From the NCBI GenBank assembly GCA_041662125.1, contig JBAZTA010000003.1, positions 331,330-395,329 of the forward strand: DNA of 64,000 nt, given 5' to 3'. The DNA is from Candidatus Omnitrophota bacterium. Lineage in GTDB: Bacteria; Omnitrophota; Gorgyraeia; Gygaellales; Profunditerraquicolaceae. The notes under the pieces are model-generated. The model worked only from the letters and a program-made list of their open reading frames with translations. It did no database searches and was not told the origin of the DNA. A program made the translations under genes and the position numbers. Of this stretch, positions 1-10,629 are shown piece after piece (within the stretch, counting starts at the first letter, position 1; every line of letters starts with the position of its first letter).

Positions 1-1
1 C

Positions 2-769
2 TGCGTACCTGCGAGAAAGCTTCCATACTCCATAGAGCGAAATGATTTTTTGTTTTACGCTTACAGGCCTAGCTAAACCGATACCAATACGATATTTTAT
101 CATATTGTCAGCAGGATACAAGTTAGGACTTTCAAGCTGCGCGCGGAAAGAAAAGCTCGACAGCGAACTTGCCTGTAGGTTATAGGCCAGGCGGTTACGG
201 GAATCAAACTGCCAGTAACCAACAAATAAAAGTTCATGGATCTTTTTTGTTTTTGTCTTAAGATCGGTTTTTTCAAACGTATATACCAGCTGCTGGTTAC
301 GGTTGAGTTCCCAGGCGCCGGCAAAGACAAGGGTTGAAGGTATAACCTTCGAAGTTACACAAAACACGATCCTGTTTAATTCATCCGCTTGCCATTTTCC
401 TGTTAACTCAATCCTAGTAAGAGAATCCCGATCTTCCCCATGAGAACCGGTAAGCTCAAAAATAAGCGCGTCAAATTTATTTATCAGTGAAACGCACTTT
501 AAAACAAGCCGCTCTTTCCGAGGGTCCCGGGCGGATGAGTGCCGTATCAATTCCAGATTATACTCAGGGGTCAGGCGCCAAGCGCCGTCAAAGACAAATT
601 TCGATGGGATACCGCCGTTTTTTCGCCTCCAAGTGGGGCTTTCACTTAAGGTATAAACAAGGCGCTGTGCAGGATCAATTGAGAATTTACCGGCAGGAGA
701 GATAGTTTTTCGAAGTCCGGTTATACGCAACCGGTTACCAGGGTCAACACTAAAGCGCGCTTTCTCCAT
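2..769 (-). CDS. Partial CDS whose 3' end lies beyond the window start. Hypothetical protein with internal roughly 45-aa repeats (F-x-G-A-W-x-L ... L-V-Y-T). It is not in the ORF track, presumably because the ORF runs off the edge.
   Basis: Hand translation of the minus strand from ATG at 767-769 gives 256 codons with no stop down to position 2. Start is 11 nt downstream of the stop of the upstream gene. Repeated motifs include FSVDPGNRLRIT/FSIDPAQRLVYT and FDGAWRL/FAGAWEL/FVGYWQF. No signal peptide and no clear SD. Confidence 0.5.
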   Translation of the reverse strand, partial: MEKARFSVDPGNRLRITGLRKTISPAGKFSIDPAQRLVYTLSESPTWRRKNGGIPSKFVFDGAWRLTPEYNLELIRHSSARDPRKERLVLKCVSLINKFDALIFELTGSHGEDRDSLTRIELTGKWQADELNRIVFCVTSKVIPSTLVFAGAWELNRNQQLVYTFEKTDLKTKTKKIHELLFVGYWQFDSRNRLAYNLQASSLSSFSFRAQLESPNLYPADNMIKYRIGIGLARPVSVKQKIISLYGVWKLSRRYA

Positions 770-780
770 CAAAGAAAGGG

Positions 781-1722
781 TCATCGTTTCTTTTTTAATT
801 GCGCTTGAAAATAGCCTATTGTCCGCATCAAGCCATCTTCTAAAGTAACGCGCGGCTGCCACGCAATAAGCTTTTTTGCTTTCGTCAGGTCAGGTTTTCG
901 TTGCTTCGGGTCATCTGCGGGAAGTGGAAGGTATTTCACCTTTGATTTCGAGTGAGTTAACGCTAAAACCATTTTTGCCAATTCCAGCACGCTAAATTCA
1001 AAGGGGGTCCCCAGGTTTAAAGGCCCCGGGTGATCGATCTTCATAAACGCGATGATGCCGTCGATTAAGTCATCCACATAACAAAACGAACGCGTCTGAT
1101 TGCCTCGTCCATAAACCGTCAGATCCTTTCCCGTCAAAGCTTGGAAAATAAAATTAGAAACAACCCTGCCATCTTCAATACGCATGAACGGCCCATAGGT
1201 ATTAAAGATCCGGATTACTTTTATATCAACTCCATGTTCCCGTTTATAGGCAAAACTTAACGCTTCAGCCGCTCTCTTAGATTCATCATAGCAGGAACGC
1301 ACTCCGATGGGGTTCACATTGCCCCAATATTCTTCCGGTTGAGGAGAAACAAGCGGATCGCCATATACTTCTGAAGTAGACGCAAGGAAAAACCGGGCGC
1401 GCTTATGTTTAGCTAACCCCAGGCAATTATGCGTCCCTAATGTCCCGACTTTCAAAGTCTTGATCGGGAACATAAGATAGTCCTTAGGAGATGCAGGAGA
1501 AGCCAAATGCATCACCCAGTCTAATGATCGCGAGACCTTAAGGGGTTTTGTAATATCATGATTAATGAAGAGGAAGTTTTTATCTCGGCGGATCTCAGCG
1601 ATGTTTTCCGGTGAACTGGTGATAAAATTATCCACGCAAATAACGCGATGCCCTAAAGACAAAAGCCGTTTACATAAATGCGACCCGATAAACCCTGCGC
1701 CGCCGGTGACAAGTATATTCAT
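781..1722 (-). CDS. UDP-glucuronate decarboxylase (UDP-xylose synthase), NAD-dependent epimerase/dehydratase family
   Basis: N-terminal GGAGFIGSH Rossmann motif; overall pattern typical of the UXS/ArnA-decarboxylase type. Adjacent to ugd. Confidence 0.75.
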   Translation of the reverse strand: MNILVTGGAGFIGSHLCKRLLSLGHRVICVDNFITSSPENIAEIRRDKNFLFINHDITKPLKVSRSLDWVMHLASPASPKDYLMFPIKTLKVGTLGTHNCLGLAKHKRARFFLASTSEVYGDPLVSPQPEEYWGNVNPIGVRSCYDESKRAAEALSFAYKREHGVDIKVIRIFNTYGPFMRIEDGRVVSNFIFQALTGKDLTVYGRGNQTRSFCYVDDLIDGIIAFMKIDHPGPLNLGTPFEFSVLELAKMVLALTHSKSKVKYLPLPADDPKQRKPDLTKAKKLIAWQPRVTLEDGLMRTIGYFQAQLKKKR

Positions 1723-1765
1723 TTTTTCTCCAGGCTTTCACGCTCAAGCAATAAAGAAGCTATTT

Positions 1766-3061
1766 TTAATCACGCCCAAAAGACTTATATACAAAACCTT
1801 GCCTTTTCATCGATGTCGGCTCGAACATATTGCGCGCATCCACAATCACCGGTTGGCGCAAAAGTTTCTTGATCCGCGTAAAATCGAGGTTACGAAATTC
1901 AACCCACTCAGTCATAATTAAAAGACAATTACTGTTTCTTGCCGCTTCGTAGGGGCTCTTGCAGAAAGAGACATTTTTCAAAACAGAACGCGCTTTCTCA
2001 ATTGCTTGCGGGTCATACGCCCTTACTCGAGCACCTGCATCCTGAAGCATCCTTATAACATCAATTGCCACGGAACAGCGGATATCATCTGTATCAGGCT
2101 TAAAACTTAAACCTAAAACAGCAATAGTCTTATCTTTAATGATCCAAAGCGCCTCTTCGATCTTCTTAACGAGCAGTTTCTTTTGCCCCTCGTTTATTTT
2201 GCGCACAACTTTGAGCAATTCAAACTCATACCCTTTATTATGGGCAAGATGGATAAATGCGTCCAGGTCTTTGGGAAAACAAAACCCGCCAAAACCAGCT
2301 CCCGCCTGCAGGAATGCCTTACCAATACGTTTATCAAACCCCATGCCAAGGGCTACTTTTTCAACATCAGCGCCGACTTTTTCACAGACGCAGGCGACCG
2401 CGTTTATAAAAGATATCTTTGTTGCAAGGAAAGAATTCGACGCGTGCTTTATAATTTCAGCGCTTTTAATATTAGTCACGATTATCGGCGCTTTGACCGG
2501 TTTAAAAAGAGCGCGCATGATCTTTTCAGCTTTTTTACTTTCTACTCCGATCACGATACGCTCCGGATGCATCGTATCCGCTATAGCCTGGCCTTCCCGC
2601 AGGAACTCAGGGTTAGAAACAACATCAAAATCAACACCTCCTGCTTTGTTCATTTCAATCGTGCGAGTGATCTTCTCACCGGTCTCTGCAGGTACCGTGC
2701 TCTTCTCAACGATCACCTTATACTCAGTCATCGCGCGGGCGATCGTCTCTGCCACTTTTTCAATAGCCGAGAGATCAGCACTGCCGTCATCGCGGGGAGG
2801 AGTGCCGACACAAATAAAAATAACCTGTGACTGTATTGTCGCATCTTTAATGCTTCCGGAAAAAACGAGCCGTTTCGTTGCAACGTTTTTCTTAAGTAAA
2901 TCCTGGAGGCCCGGCTCATATATCGGAACAATCCCTTTTTTCAAATGAGCGATCTTAGCTTTGTCATTATCCACACAGATAACGCGGTTGCCTAACTCAG
3001 CAAAACAAACTGCCGTAACTAACCCGACATACCCAGCGCCAATTACCGCGACCTTTTGCAT
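1766..3061 (-). CDS. ugd: UDP-glucose 6-dehydrogenase
   Basis: VIGAGYVGL N-terminus, catalytic GFGGFCFPKD motif, length 431 aa. Confidence 0.85.
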   Translation of the reverse strand: MQKVAVIGAGYVGLVTAVCFAELGNRVICVDNDKAKIAHLKKGIVPIYEPGLQDLLKKNVATKRLVFSGSIKDATIQSQVIFICVGTPPRDDGSADLSAIEKVAETIARAMTEYKVIVEKSTVPAETGEKITRTIEMNKAGGVDFDVVSNPEFLREGQAIADTMHPERIVIGVESKKAEKIMRALFKPVKAPIIVTNIKSAEIIKHASNSFLATKISFINAVACVCEKVGADVEKVALGMGFDKRIGKAFLQAGAGFGGFCFPKDLDAFIHLAHNKGYEFELLKVVRKINEGQKKLLVKKIEEALWIIKDKTIAVLGLSFKPDTDDIRCSVAIDVIRMLQDAGARVRAYDPQAIEKARSVLKNVSFCKSPYEAARNSNCLLIMTEWVEFRNLDFTRIKKLLRQPVIVDARNMFEPTSMKRQGFVYKSFGRD

Positions 3062-3077
3062 ACGAATGCCTCCCCAA

Positions 3078-4295
3078 TCACGATGAAGATAAAATCACTT
3101 TAAGAAAACGGCGGCTGCCGACTTTTAAAATACCTGTTTTATTTAACTGATAATTCTCATCGCCGACCTTTACCCCATCAAAGGTAACCGCGCCTTGCTG
3201 GATCAGCCGCCTGGCTTCATTGCGGCTTTTGGCAATTCCGCTCTCAGAGATAATATCCAGGATCCCGCGCGGTAGCTTAACTTCTAAAACCGGCAAATCT
3301 TGCGGCAGTTCTTTAACGCTAAAAACGCGTTTAAATTCTGCTTGGGCTTTTTCTGCAGCAACTAAGGAATCGTAGTGGCTGATAATGATCGCCGCAAGCC
3401 TTTCCTTTGCTTCTTTAGGGTGCATGCGTTTTACTGCATCGAGATCCTCATCGGTTAATACGGTAAAATATTTATACATAAGTTCGTCTGAGATCGACAT
3501 GATCTTACCGAATTTATTATTCGGTGTTTCATTGATACCGATATAATTATCAAACGACTTGCTCATTTTCTGCACGCCATCAGTGCCTTCCAAAAGCGGC
3601 ATGGTAATGACGACTTGTTGTTCCTGGCTATAATCTTTTTGCAGATCGCGTCCCATAAGCAGGTTGAATATCTGGTCAGTCCCGCCGATCTCAATATCGC
3701 TCTTAAGCATAACAGAATCATACCCCTGCAGGATTGGATACATAAATTCCAAAAGAGAAACATCCTGTTTCTGGTCCAGCCGTTTCTTAAAATCTGACCG
3801 TGCCAACATCTGGCTTACCGTCGCATGCGTTGTCAATTGCAGTAATTCTATGATAGGCATAGCATCAAACCATGCGCTATTAAAAACTATCCTTACCTTT
3901 TCCATGTCCAGGATCTTTCCTGCCTGCTCTTTATAGGTTTGGGCGTTTTCCAGAACTTCTGCCTGATTGAGTGTCTTTCGAGTCACTGACCGTCCGGTAG
4001 GGTCCCCGATACGGGCAGTAAAATCACCGATCAGGAAATACACCGTATGCCCCAGGTCCTGGAACTGGCGCAGCTTTCTCAAAAGCACCGTATGCCCCAG
4101 GTGAATATCAGGCGCGGTCGGGTCAAAACCAGCTTTGATATTGAGCGGCCGGTTTTCTCGCGCTGAAGCCTCAAGTTTCTTAACCAACTCGTCTTCAGAA
4201 ATGATATCAACAACGCCGCGCTTGATTATCTCTAATTGCTTCTTGGTTTCGATCATCATGAACAAAGAGTGCCGGTATTGAAAGGGAGCTGTCAT
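3078..4295 (-). CDS. tyrS: Tyrosyl-tRNA synthetase. The true start is probably the internal Met (MMIETKK...).
   Basis: HLGH (HIGH-class) and KMSKS motifs; C-terminal S4-like domain. Confidence 0.9.
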   Translation of the reverse strand: MTAPFQYRHSLFMMIETKKQLEIIKRGVVDIISEDELVKKLEASARENRPLNIKAGFDPTAPDIHLGHTVLLRKLRQFQDLGHTVYFLIGDFTARIGDPTGRSVTRKTLNQAEVLENAQTYKEQAGKILDMEKVRIVFNSAWFDAMPIIELLQLTTHATVSQMLARSDFKKRLDQKQDVSLLEFMYPILQGYDSVMLKSDIEIGGTDQIFNLLMGRDLQKDYSQEQQVVITMPLLEGTDGVQKMSKSFDNYIGINETPNNKFGKIMSISDELMYKYFTVLTDEDLDAVKRMHPKEAKERLAAIIISHYDSLVAAEKAQAEFKRVFSVKELPQDLPVLEVKLPRGILDIISESGIAKSRNEARRLIQQGAVTFDGVKVGDENYQLNKTGILKVGSRRFLKVILSSS

Positions 4296-4323
4296 GCAAA
4301 CCCCATTTCAATACCGGCCCTTA

Positions 4324-5868
4324 TTAGATTTTAGCAGACAACCCGATCTTTCCCTGCTCAATATCGATCTTAATGACTTTTACCCTTATTTTATCGCCGA
4401 CTTTTAAGCCTGAAACGACTTCTTTATCGATTTCGCTGGCATAGATCAAGCCCTCTAAGTCTTCTTCTATTTTTACAAACACGCCAAAGTCAGTTATACT
4501 GGCAACTTCCACTTCTTCCAGATATGACTCAAGCGGGTATTTTAACGCTATTTCAGACCATGGGTTAAGCTGCAATTGCTTTAACCCTAAAGCGATCCTT
4601 TGATTCTGGCTGTCAATAGAAAGAACAACCGCTTCCACCTTCTGCCCTTTTTTCAAAACATCCTGGGGATGAGAGATACGTTTCGTCCAGGACATGTCCG
4701 AAATATGGACCATACCTTCCAAATTGCTGTCCAACTCTATAAACACGCCATACTTGGTAAAACCTTTTACTTTACCCTGAACTTTGGTGCCTTGCGGGAA
4801 TTTTCCTTCTGCGTCGATCCAGGGATTTTGTTCAAGCTGCTTCAAGCTCAATGCGATCTTTCGCGAATCTTTATCCAAACTTAAGACTTGCGCTTCAACC
4901 GTGTCCCCGATAGCGAAGACTTCGTTAGGATTGTTAACTTTCTTCGTCCAAGAGATCTCAGAAATATGGACCAGGCCTTCGATGCCTTTTTCAAGTTCGA
5001 CAAAGACACCGTAGGGTAGAATATTGACTATTTTACCTTTCACCTGCGTGCCGATACTGTACTTAGTTTCAATATCCTGCCAGGGATCAGGTAAACGCTG
5101 CTTTAAACCAAGCGAGATCTTATTCGCCGCCTGATCCAGCCCTAACACCATGACTTCGATCCTGTCTCCTACCGCGACGATCTCAGAGGGATGCGCGACC
5201 TTCGACCATGACATATCGGTGATATGCAAAAGCCCGTCAACGCCGCCTAAATCGATAAAAGCGCCAAAATCGGTAATAGCTTTAACGGTCCCCGTGTAGG
5301 TCGACTTCGGCTTTAATTCACGCCATAACTTATCTTTCATCTCATCACGCTCTTTTTGCACAGCTTCACGGCGGGATAAAATAATGCTATAGCGCATTTT
5401 ATTGATCTTAATGATCTTGAATTTAAAGGTTTTATTCAGGATCTCTTTATCAGTCTGGCCTTTAAACGCGGAAAGCGAAGCCGGAAGAAAACCTTCTATA
5501 CCCATAACATCAACGAGAAATCCGCCTTTGACTTTCTTGCTGATATATCCGTCAACAAGCGTACCATCCTGAGAATATTTAACAACACGGTCCCACCCCT
5601 GGATACGCCGGGATTTTTCCCGAGAGAGGACGATCATTCCGGAATCATCTTCGATAGATTCAACAAAGAAATCCAGTTCAGTCCCGATTTCTAACTCATC
5701 TTTACTGAACTCGAGAAGTGCCACGATACCCTCGGATTTAAAACCAACGTCAATTAAGACTCCCTTGGGCTTGACGGAAACGACCTTTCCTTTAACGATC
5801 TGGCCTTCACGCACCATCTTAATACTATCATTATACAACTGATCAAGTGTTTCTTTCTCTGACAACAT
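4324..5868 (-). CDS. rpsA: 30S ribosomal protein S1
   Basis: Multiple tandem S1 RNA-binding domains; 514 aa. Confidence 0.9.
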   Translation of the reverse strand: MLSEKETLDQLYNDSIKMVREGQIVKGKVVSVKPKGVLIDVGFKSEGIVALLEFSKDELEIGTELDFFVESIEDDSGMIVLSREKSRRIQGWDRVVKYSQDGTLVDGYISKKVKGGFLVDVMGIEGFLPASLSAFKGQTDKEILNKTFKFKIIKINKMRYSIILSRREAVQKERDEMKDKLWRELKPKSTYTGTVKAITDFGAFIDLGGVDGLLHITDMSWSKVAHPSEIVAVGDRIEVMVLGLDQAANKISLGLKQRLPDPWQDIETKYSIGTQVKGKIVNILPYGVFVELEKGIEGLVHISEISWTKKVNNPNEVFAIGDTVEAQVLSLDKDSRKIALSLKQLEQNPWIDAEGKFPQGTKVQGKVKGFTKYGVFIELDSNLEGMVHISDMSWTKRISHPQDVLKKGQKVEAVVLSIDSQNQRIALGLKQLQLNPWSEIALKYPLESYLEEVEVASITDFGVFVKIEEDLEGLIYASEIDKEVVSGLKVGDKIRVKVIKIDIEQGKIGLSAKI

Positions 5869-6155
5869 TTTACTCCTCCATATTTACCGGCTCGCAACGA
5901 AGCTTTGCTTCTCTAATCGCATCCGGCTTCTTTAACGTATGTATATTAATAAAAGCTCATAAAAGGCACGACTGTTTTTAGCCCCTGCCTGTTTTTATGA
6001 ATGTTTGCTATTACCTCCAAGAAGATTATTTACTATCTCCCCTCCCTATAAGGGATTAAAAAGCAACACCTCCTTCACGAGAGATTTTACTGCAATTGTA
6101 GCGCTTGCCGTCTTTAGAGTGCTGCAAAAACACAAACATGCTGATTTAGAAAAAA

Positions 6156-6755
6156 TTAACAGGCGGCTTGACATGAAAGTTGCCTGATGTGTCCCATAAT
6201 ATCACGCGCAGCATCTTGATACGGCAACCTCCTTTCTACAATGATTTGCTTTCCAAACCGGACATGGATACGTGCGAAAACAATGCGCTTTGCATGTACG
6301 GGTAAAACTTTATCAGAACCTTCAATAAAAGCGGGGATGACAACAACCCCCAGTTTTGACGCCAGAAAACCGACACCCGGCAACGCCTCACCCGGCTGCC
6401 CATTTCTGGTACGCCTGCCTTCAGGGAATAACAATAAACCTTCCCCTTTTTTTACTCGACGTATAGATTCTTTTATCGCGCCTAAATCAGCAGAATTTCT
6501 CTTTATCGGAAAAACATGTAATCTCGGTATGAGCCAGCCTAAAACTGGTTTATCAAAAAGCTCCTCTTTTGCCATATAATTAAGCTTTATACGAGGGCAG
6601 GCGACCCCAAAAGTAACCGGGTCAAAATAACTCGCATGATTACACGCTAAAATAAATCCCCCCTTTTTAGGAATATTCTCAGCGCCAGTTACGCGCAGCC
6701 CAAAAAACACCCTCAAGACTAAGAAGGAAAGAAACCGCAGCACCACATATATCAT
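6156..6755 (-). CDS. plsC: 1-acyl-sn-glycerol-3-phosphate acyltransferase
   Basis: NHxxxxD-like motif (ACNHASYFDP) and FPEGRR motif. Confidence 0.8.
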   Translation of the reverse strand: MIYVVLRFLSFLVLRVFFGLRVTGAENIPKKGGFILACNHASYFDPVTFGVACPRIKLNYMAKEELFDKPVLGWLIPRLHVFPIKRNSADLGAIKESIRRVKKGEGLLLFPEGRRTRNGQPGEALPGVGFLASKLGVVVIPAFIEGSDKVLPVHAKRIVFARIHVRFGKQIIVERRLPYQDAARDIMGHIRQLSCQAAC

Positions 6756-8140
6756 TACGGCTTACCCCCAATAAGCTTGCGGCCCAGAGCGATCAAAAGT
6801 TTTGATTGCGCTAAACTTTTTGACTCAGTATAAATACGGACAATCGGTTCAGTGCCTGAGGCGCGGAACATAAGCCAGCTTTCGTCTTCGCAGATCATTT
6901 TTATCCCGTCATAATCTTTGACTTCAACCACTTTTTTTCCGAGAAGTTTCCCCGGCAGCATTTCTTTCTTTAACTCGATCGGGTCCTTTATTTTCAGGTC
7001 ATCACGCAAATAATAATAGCGTCCGAATTGTTTTTCAGCCTCATTTAAGATCTTCAAAATATCTTGATTTCGGTAGACCATCATTTCTAAAAGCAACAAT
7101 CCCGCAACCGAGCCATCGCGCTCAGGAATATACCCTTTAACCCCCATACCGCCTGCTTCTTCTCCGCCAGCTACAATATCCTCGGTCTCCATAAGATTAG
7201 AAATATACTTAAAACCAACGGGGGTCTCATACAATTTTACCTCTAAGAAACGCGCGATCTTATCGATCATTGTCGAGCCGGCGATTGTTTTTACAATACC
7301 CCCTGAAGTCTTTTTATCCTGGTGAAGATGGAGCGCTAAGAGGCCAAGTATCTTTTGAGGATTGATATACACTCCCCCGGAGGCCACAGCAGCGATGCGG
7401 TCAGCATCTCCGTCAAGGGCGATACCAAGGTCAAATTTTTCTTTTTTAACCCGCAATTTTAATTCCTCAACCAATTCTTCAAGCGGTTCAGGATGTTTTC
7501 CGCCAAAAGAAGGATTTATTGTATTACGCATAAACTCAAGCCTGATATTGGTGCCTTTAAGGACATGAGCGAGGAATTCATAACCTGAACCATACATCGC
7601 ATCAACTAAAACTTTAAATTTCTTTGTTTTTATTTTTTTAAAATCAACATACGAACGGATAAATTTCACCTGCTCGGCCATAATATCATCAACAAGGATC
7701 CTTGCAGGATCCCCTCCGCTTATCTTTACCGGAGTTTTACCCAAAAGATTTTCTATTGCTTTGGTCACCTCAGGGCTCGCTGCGCCACCCGAAGCATTCT
7801 TTATCTTAAACCCGTTATATTCGGCAGGATTATGAGATGCCGTGATCATAACCCCTAAATCGCATTTTCTTGATTTTACCGCAAAGCTCAATGTCGGTGT
7901 CGGGACCGCTTTATTCGAAAGGATTACCGTTATCCCGTTATTATTCAGGACTTCAGAGGCAATACGAGCGAAACGCTCAGACATAAATCGGGTATCGTAG
8001 CCAACGACGGCTTTTTTCCCCTTACCCAAATAATCCGCCACCGCCTGTGAAACTATTCTGAGGTTTTCAAACGTATACGTTTCCGCGATTACTCCTCTCC
8101 AACCATCAGTCCCAAACTTAATTTCACCATTTCCGTACAT
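6755..8140 (-). CDS. Phosphoglucomutase/phosphomannomutase family protein
   Basis: GTDGWRG N-terminus, active-site TASHNP loop, four-domain length of 461 aa. Confidence 0.8.
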   Translation of the reverse strand: MYGNGEIKFGTDGWRGVIAETYTFENLRIVSQAVADYLGKGKKAVVGYDTRFMSERFARIASEVLNNNGITVILSNKAVPTPTLSFAVKSRKCDLGVMITASHNPAEYNGFKIKNASGGAASPEVTKAIENLLGKTPVKISGGDPARILVDDIMAEQVKFIRSYVDFKKIKTKKFKVLVDAMYGSGYEFLAHVLKGTNIRLEFMRNTINPSFGGKHPEPLEELVEELKLRVKKEKFDLGIALDGDADRIAAVASGGVYINPQKILGLLALHLHQDKKTSGGIVKTIAGSTMIDKIARFLEVKLYETPVGFKYISNLMETEDIVAGGEEAGGMGVKGYIPERDGSVAGLLLLEMMVYRNQDILKILNEAEKQFGRYYYLRDDLKIKDPIELKKEMLPGKLLGKKVVEVKDYDGIKMICEDESWLMFRASGTEPIVRIYTESKSLAQSKLLIALGRKLIGGKP

Positions 8141-8774
8141 TTCTGATCCTTTCGATTGCTTTCTTTATATCTTTTGCAGAGAATATATAGGAGCCTGCAG
8201 CTAAAACATTAGCTCCCGCGTTCACTGCTATCTTGGCTGTCAACGCGTTTATTCCGCCGTCAACCGCGATATCACCTAAGAACAACTGCCTCAGCATTTT
8301 TATCTTACCAACGACTTCCGGCATAAATGCCTGGCCCCCAAAACCGGGATTGACCGTCATCACAAGGACAAAATCAACGCAATCAAGGACCGATTTAATC
8401 TTGGCAAGCGGCGTCTTCGGATTCAACGATACCCCTACCTGAATACCTTTTTCTTTAAGCGCTGCTGCCTGTTTACGCAAGCTCCCCGGGAGAATCGTCT
8501 CAATATGGAACGTGATCATATCGCTGCCGGCCTTAAGAAAACTTTCGACATACTCCTCTGGATGTTCGATCATCAGATGAACATCCAAAGGCAGTTTTGT
8601 TACCTTACGGATATCTTTTACCACGACCGGCCCAATGGTTATATTCGGGACAAAGTGGCCGTCCATCACATCCACATGGAGCATATCAGCACCGGCACAT
8701 TCGACCTTTTTTATTTGTTCTGCCAGACAGCTGAAATCAGCTGAAAGTATGGACGGGGCGATCTTTATTTTCAT
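8124..8774 (-). CDS. rpe: Ribulose-phosphate 3-epimerase
   Basis: SILSADF...HVDVMDGHFVPN signature. Confidence 0.9.
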   Translation of the reverse strand: MKIKIAPSILSADFSCLAEQIKKVECAGADMLHVDVMDGHFVPNITIGPVVVKDIRKVTKLPLDVHLMIEHPEEYVESFLKAGSDMITFHIETILPGSLRKQAAALKEKGIQVGVSLNPKTPLAKIKSVLDCVDFVLVMTVNPGFGGQAFMPEVVGKIKMLRQLFLGDIAVDGGINALTAKIAVNAGANVLAAGSYIFSAKDIKKAIERIRNVRKW

Positions 8775-9379
8775 CGGTATAAATTATTTTTAGTGATATA
8801 GGTAAAAACTGATTCCGGCACCAGGTAGCGGAAAGATTTATTATCCTTGATCGCATCCCTGATCTCAAAAGCCGATATGTCAACCGCACGGATCGCTACG
8901 GTTGCGATATACGAAGGTATTTTTTCCAGCGCATATCCAGGCCTGGTTGCCACCACAAACTTTACCATACTGATGATCTCACTTAAATCTTTCCAGTCAT
9001 CAAGGTATTTCAGCAGATCGGAACCAGTAATAAAATACAATTCATCTTCCGGATAAAGCTTCTTAAGCTGACGTAACGTGTCGATCGTATAGGAACGCCC
9101 TTGCCGCTTGATCTCAATATCAGAAACACTAAAAAACGGGTTTTCCTTGATTGCCGCCTGGATCATCGCGTAGCGGTGGCCGGCTTCAATGATATGAGAA
9201 TTATTCTTGTGCGGCGGCAAATACGCAGGCATGAATATAATTTTATCCAAGAACAGTTTTTCCCGCACTTCTTCAGCCAAAATCAAATGCCCGATATGAA
9301 TAGGATTAAACGTCCCTCCGAGTATCCCGATTTTCACAGAGGCTCCTTCATTTCCTGACCTGGCCGTTCCCAAAAACAA
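8771..9379 (-). CDS. nadD: Nicotinate-nucleotide adenylyltransferase
   Basis: GILGGTFNPIHIGH (HxGH) motif. Confidence 0.85.
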   Translation of the reverse strand: MFLGTARSGNEGASVKIGILGGTFNPIHIGHLILAEEVREKLFLDKIIFMPAYLPPHKNNSHIIEAGHRYAMIQAAIKENPFFSVSDIEIKRQGRSYTIDTLRQLKKLYPEDELYFITGSDLLKYLDDWKDLSEIISMVKFVVATRPGYALEKIPSYIATVAIRAVDISAFEIRDAIKDNKSFRYLVPESVFTYITKNNLYR

Positions 9380-10604
9380 GGTACTTATACGTGGTTAATT
9401 CTTCCAGCGCCATGGGCCCGCGGGCGTGTAATTTATCGGTAGAGATCCCGATCTCAGCCCCCATGCCAAACTGGTATCCGTCAGTAAAACGCGTTGAAGC
9501 GTTAACATACACACAGGCAGAATCAACCTGCCTCAAAAATTCCATCGCGTTTTCATACCTCTCGGTAACAATACTATCTGAATGCCCTGAGCCGTAATGA
9601 TTAATATGCTCAATAGCTTCCTGGAGGGACTTAACAACCTTAACCGAAAGTTTCAAATCAAGATATTCCGTATAATAATCTTTTTTTGTCGCTGGAAGTA
9701 CACCTTTAACCAGCGCGCCTGTAACCGGACAGCCGTGAATTTCAACTCCGGCACCTTTTAACTTCTTGATCATGGACGGCAGGAATTTCGCCGCGATATC
9801 GTGATGCACCAGGAGGCACTCCATCGCGTTACATACCCCGGGCCGTTGGACCTTGGCGTTGAAACTTATCTTCTCGGCCATCTGGCGGTCAGCATACTTA
9901 TCGACATAAACATGGCAGACCCCTTTATAATGTTTAATAACCGGTATCCGGGAAATTTCAGCGACTTTCCTGATCAATCCCTCTCCACCCCTGGGCATGG
10001 CCAGGTCAATATACTCATCCAGCTGCAATAATTCAGCGACCGCTCTCCTATCCGTGGTCGTGACCATATTGATCATACCTTCATCAACGCCATATTTCTC
10101 CAGGCAACCACGAAGCAGGTTATAAATATAAAGATTTGAATGAAACGCTTCGCTTCCCCCGCGCAAAATCACGCTATTACCGGATTTAAAACACAATCCG
10201 ATACAATCAGAAGTCACATTGGGGCGCGATTCATAAATAATAGCAATAACACCGATTGCAACTCTTACTTTATGGATCCAAAGGCCGTTTGGCCTGCGCC
10301 ACGCTTTAATGACTTCACCAACCGGATCAGCCAGCGCGGCGATCTCAAGCAAGGAATCAGACATCTGCTTGATCCGCTGCTCATCCAAAGAAAGACGTTC
10401 AAGAAACGCCCCTTTCAACTTTTTTAAGGCGGCAGCTTTAAGGTCTTTCCTATTTTCCCTGATAAGGTTATCTTGATGGGCCAGTAACGCCGCTGCCATA
10501 TCTCTGAGTGCTTGGTTCTTTATATCAGCAGAAATATTACAGCTATGACGGTAAGCTATCTTTGCTCTCCGCGCGATCCTGACTAAATCTTCTTTAAGCT
10601 TCAT
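9348..10604 (-). CDS. proA: Gamma-glutamyl phosphate reductase
   Basis: Aldehyde-dehydrogenase fold of ProA type; operon context with proB. Confidence 0.85.
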   Translation of the reverse strand: MKLKEDLVRIARRAKIAYRHSCNISADIKNQALRDMAAALLAHQDNLIRENRKDLKAAALKKLKGAFLERLSLDEQRIKQMSDSLLEIAALADPVGEVIKAWRRPNGLWIHKVRVAIGVIAIIYESRPNVTSDCIGLCFKSGNSVILRGGSEAFHSNLYIYNLLRGCLEKYGVDEGMINMVTTTDRRAVAELLQLDEYIDLAMPRGGEGLIRKVAEISRIPVIKHYKGVCHVYVDKYADRQMAEKISFNAKVQRPGVCNAMECLLVHHDIAAKFLPSMIKKLKGAGVEIHGCPVTGALVKGVLPATKKDYYTEYLDLKLSVKVVKSLQEAIEHINHYGSGHSDSIVTERYENAMEFLRQVDSACVYVNASTRFTDGYQFGMGAEIGISTDKLHARGPMALEELTTYKYLVFGNGQVRK

Positions 10605-10629
10605 GACAACTCCTTAAGCCGCCGGTATA

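Noticed and set aside
487-705. Plus-strand ORF (72 aa) and minus-strand ORF 100..330 at the window start
   Set aside because: Both are out of frame with, and embedded in, the continuous 256-codon minus-strand frame 2..769, which has an ATG 11 nt after the upstream gene's stop. They have low-complexity, Arg-rich sequences typical of antisense or alternate-frame artefacts.
6168-6200. TTGACA...CATAAT sigma-70-like promoter on the plus strand
   Set aside because: The spacer is 21 nt, the hexamers lie inside the 3' end of plsC, and they point into a region with no plus-strand gene.
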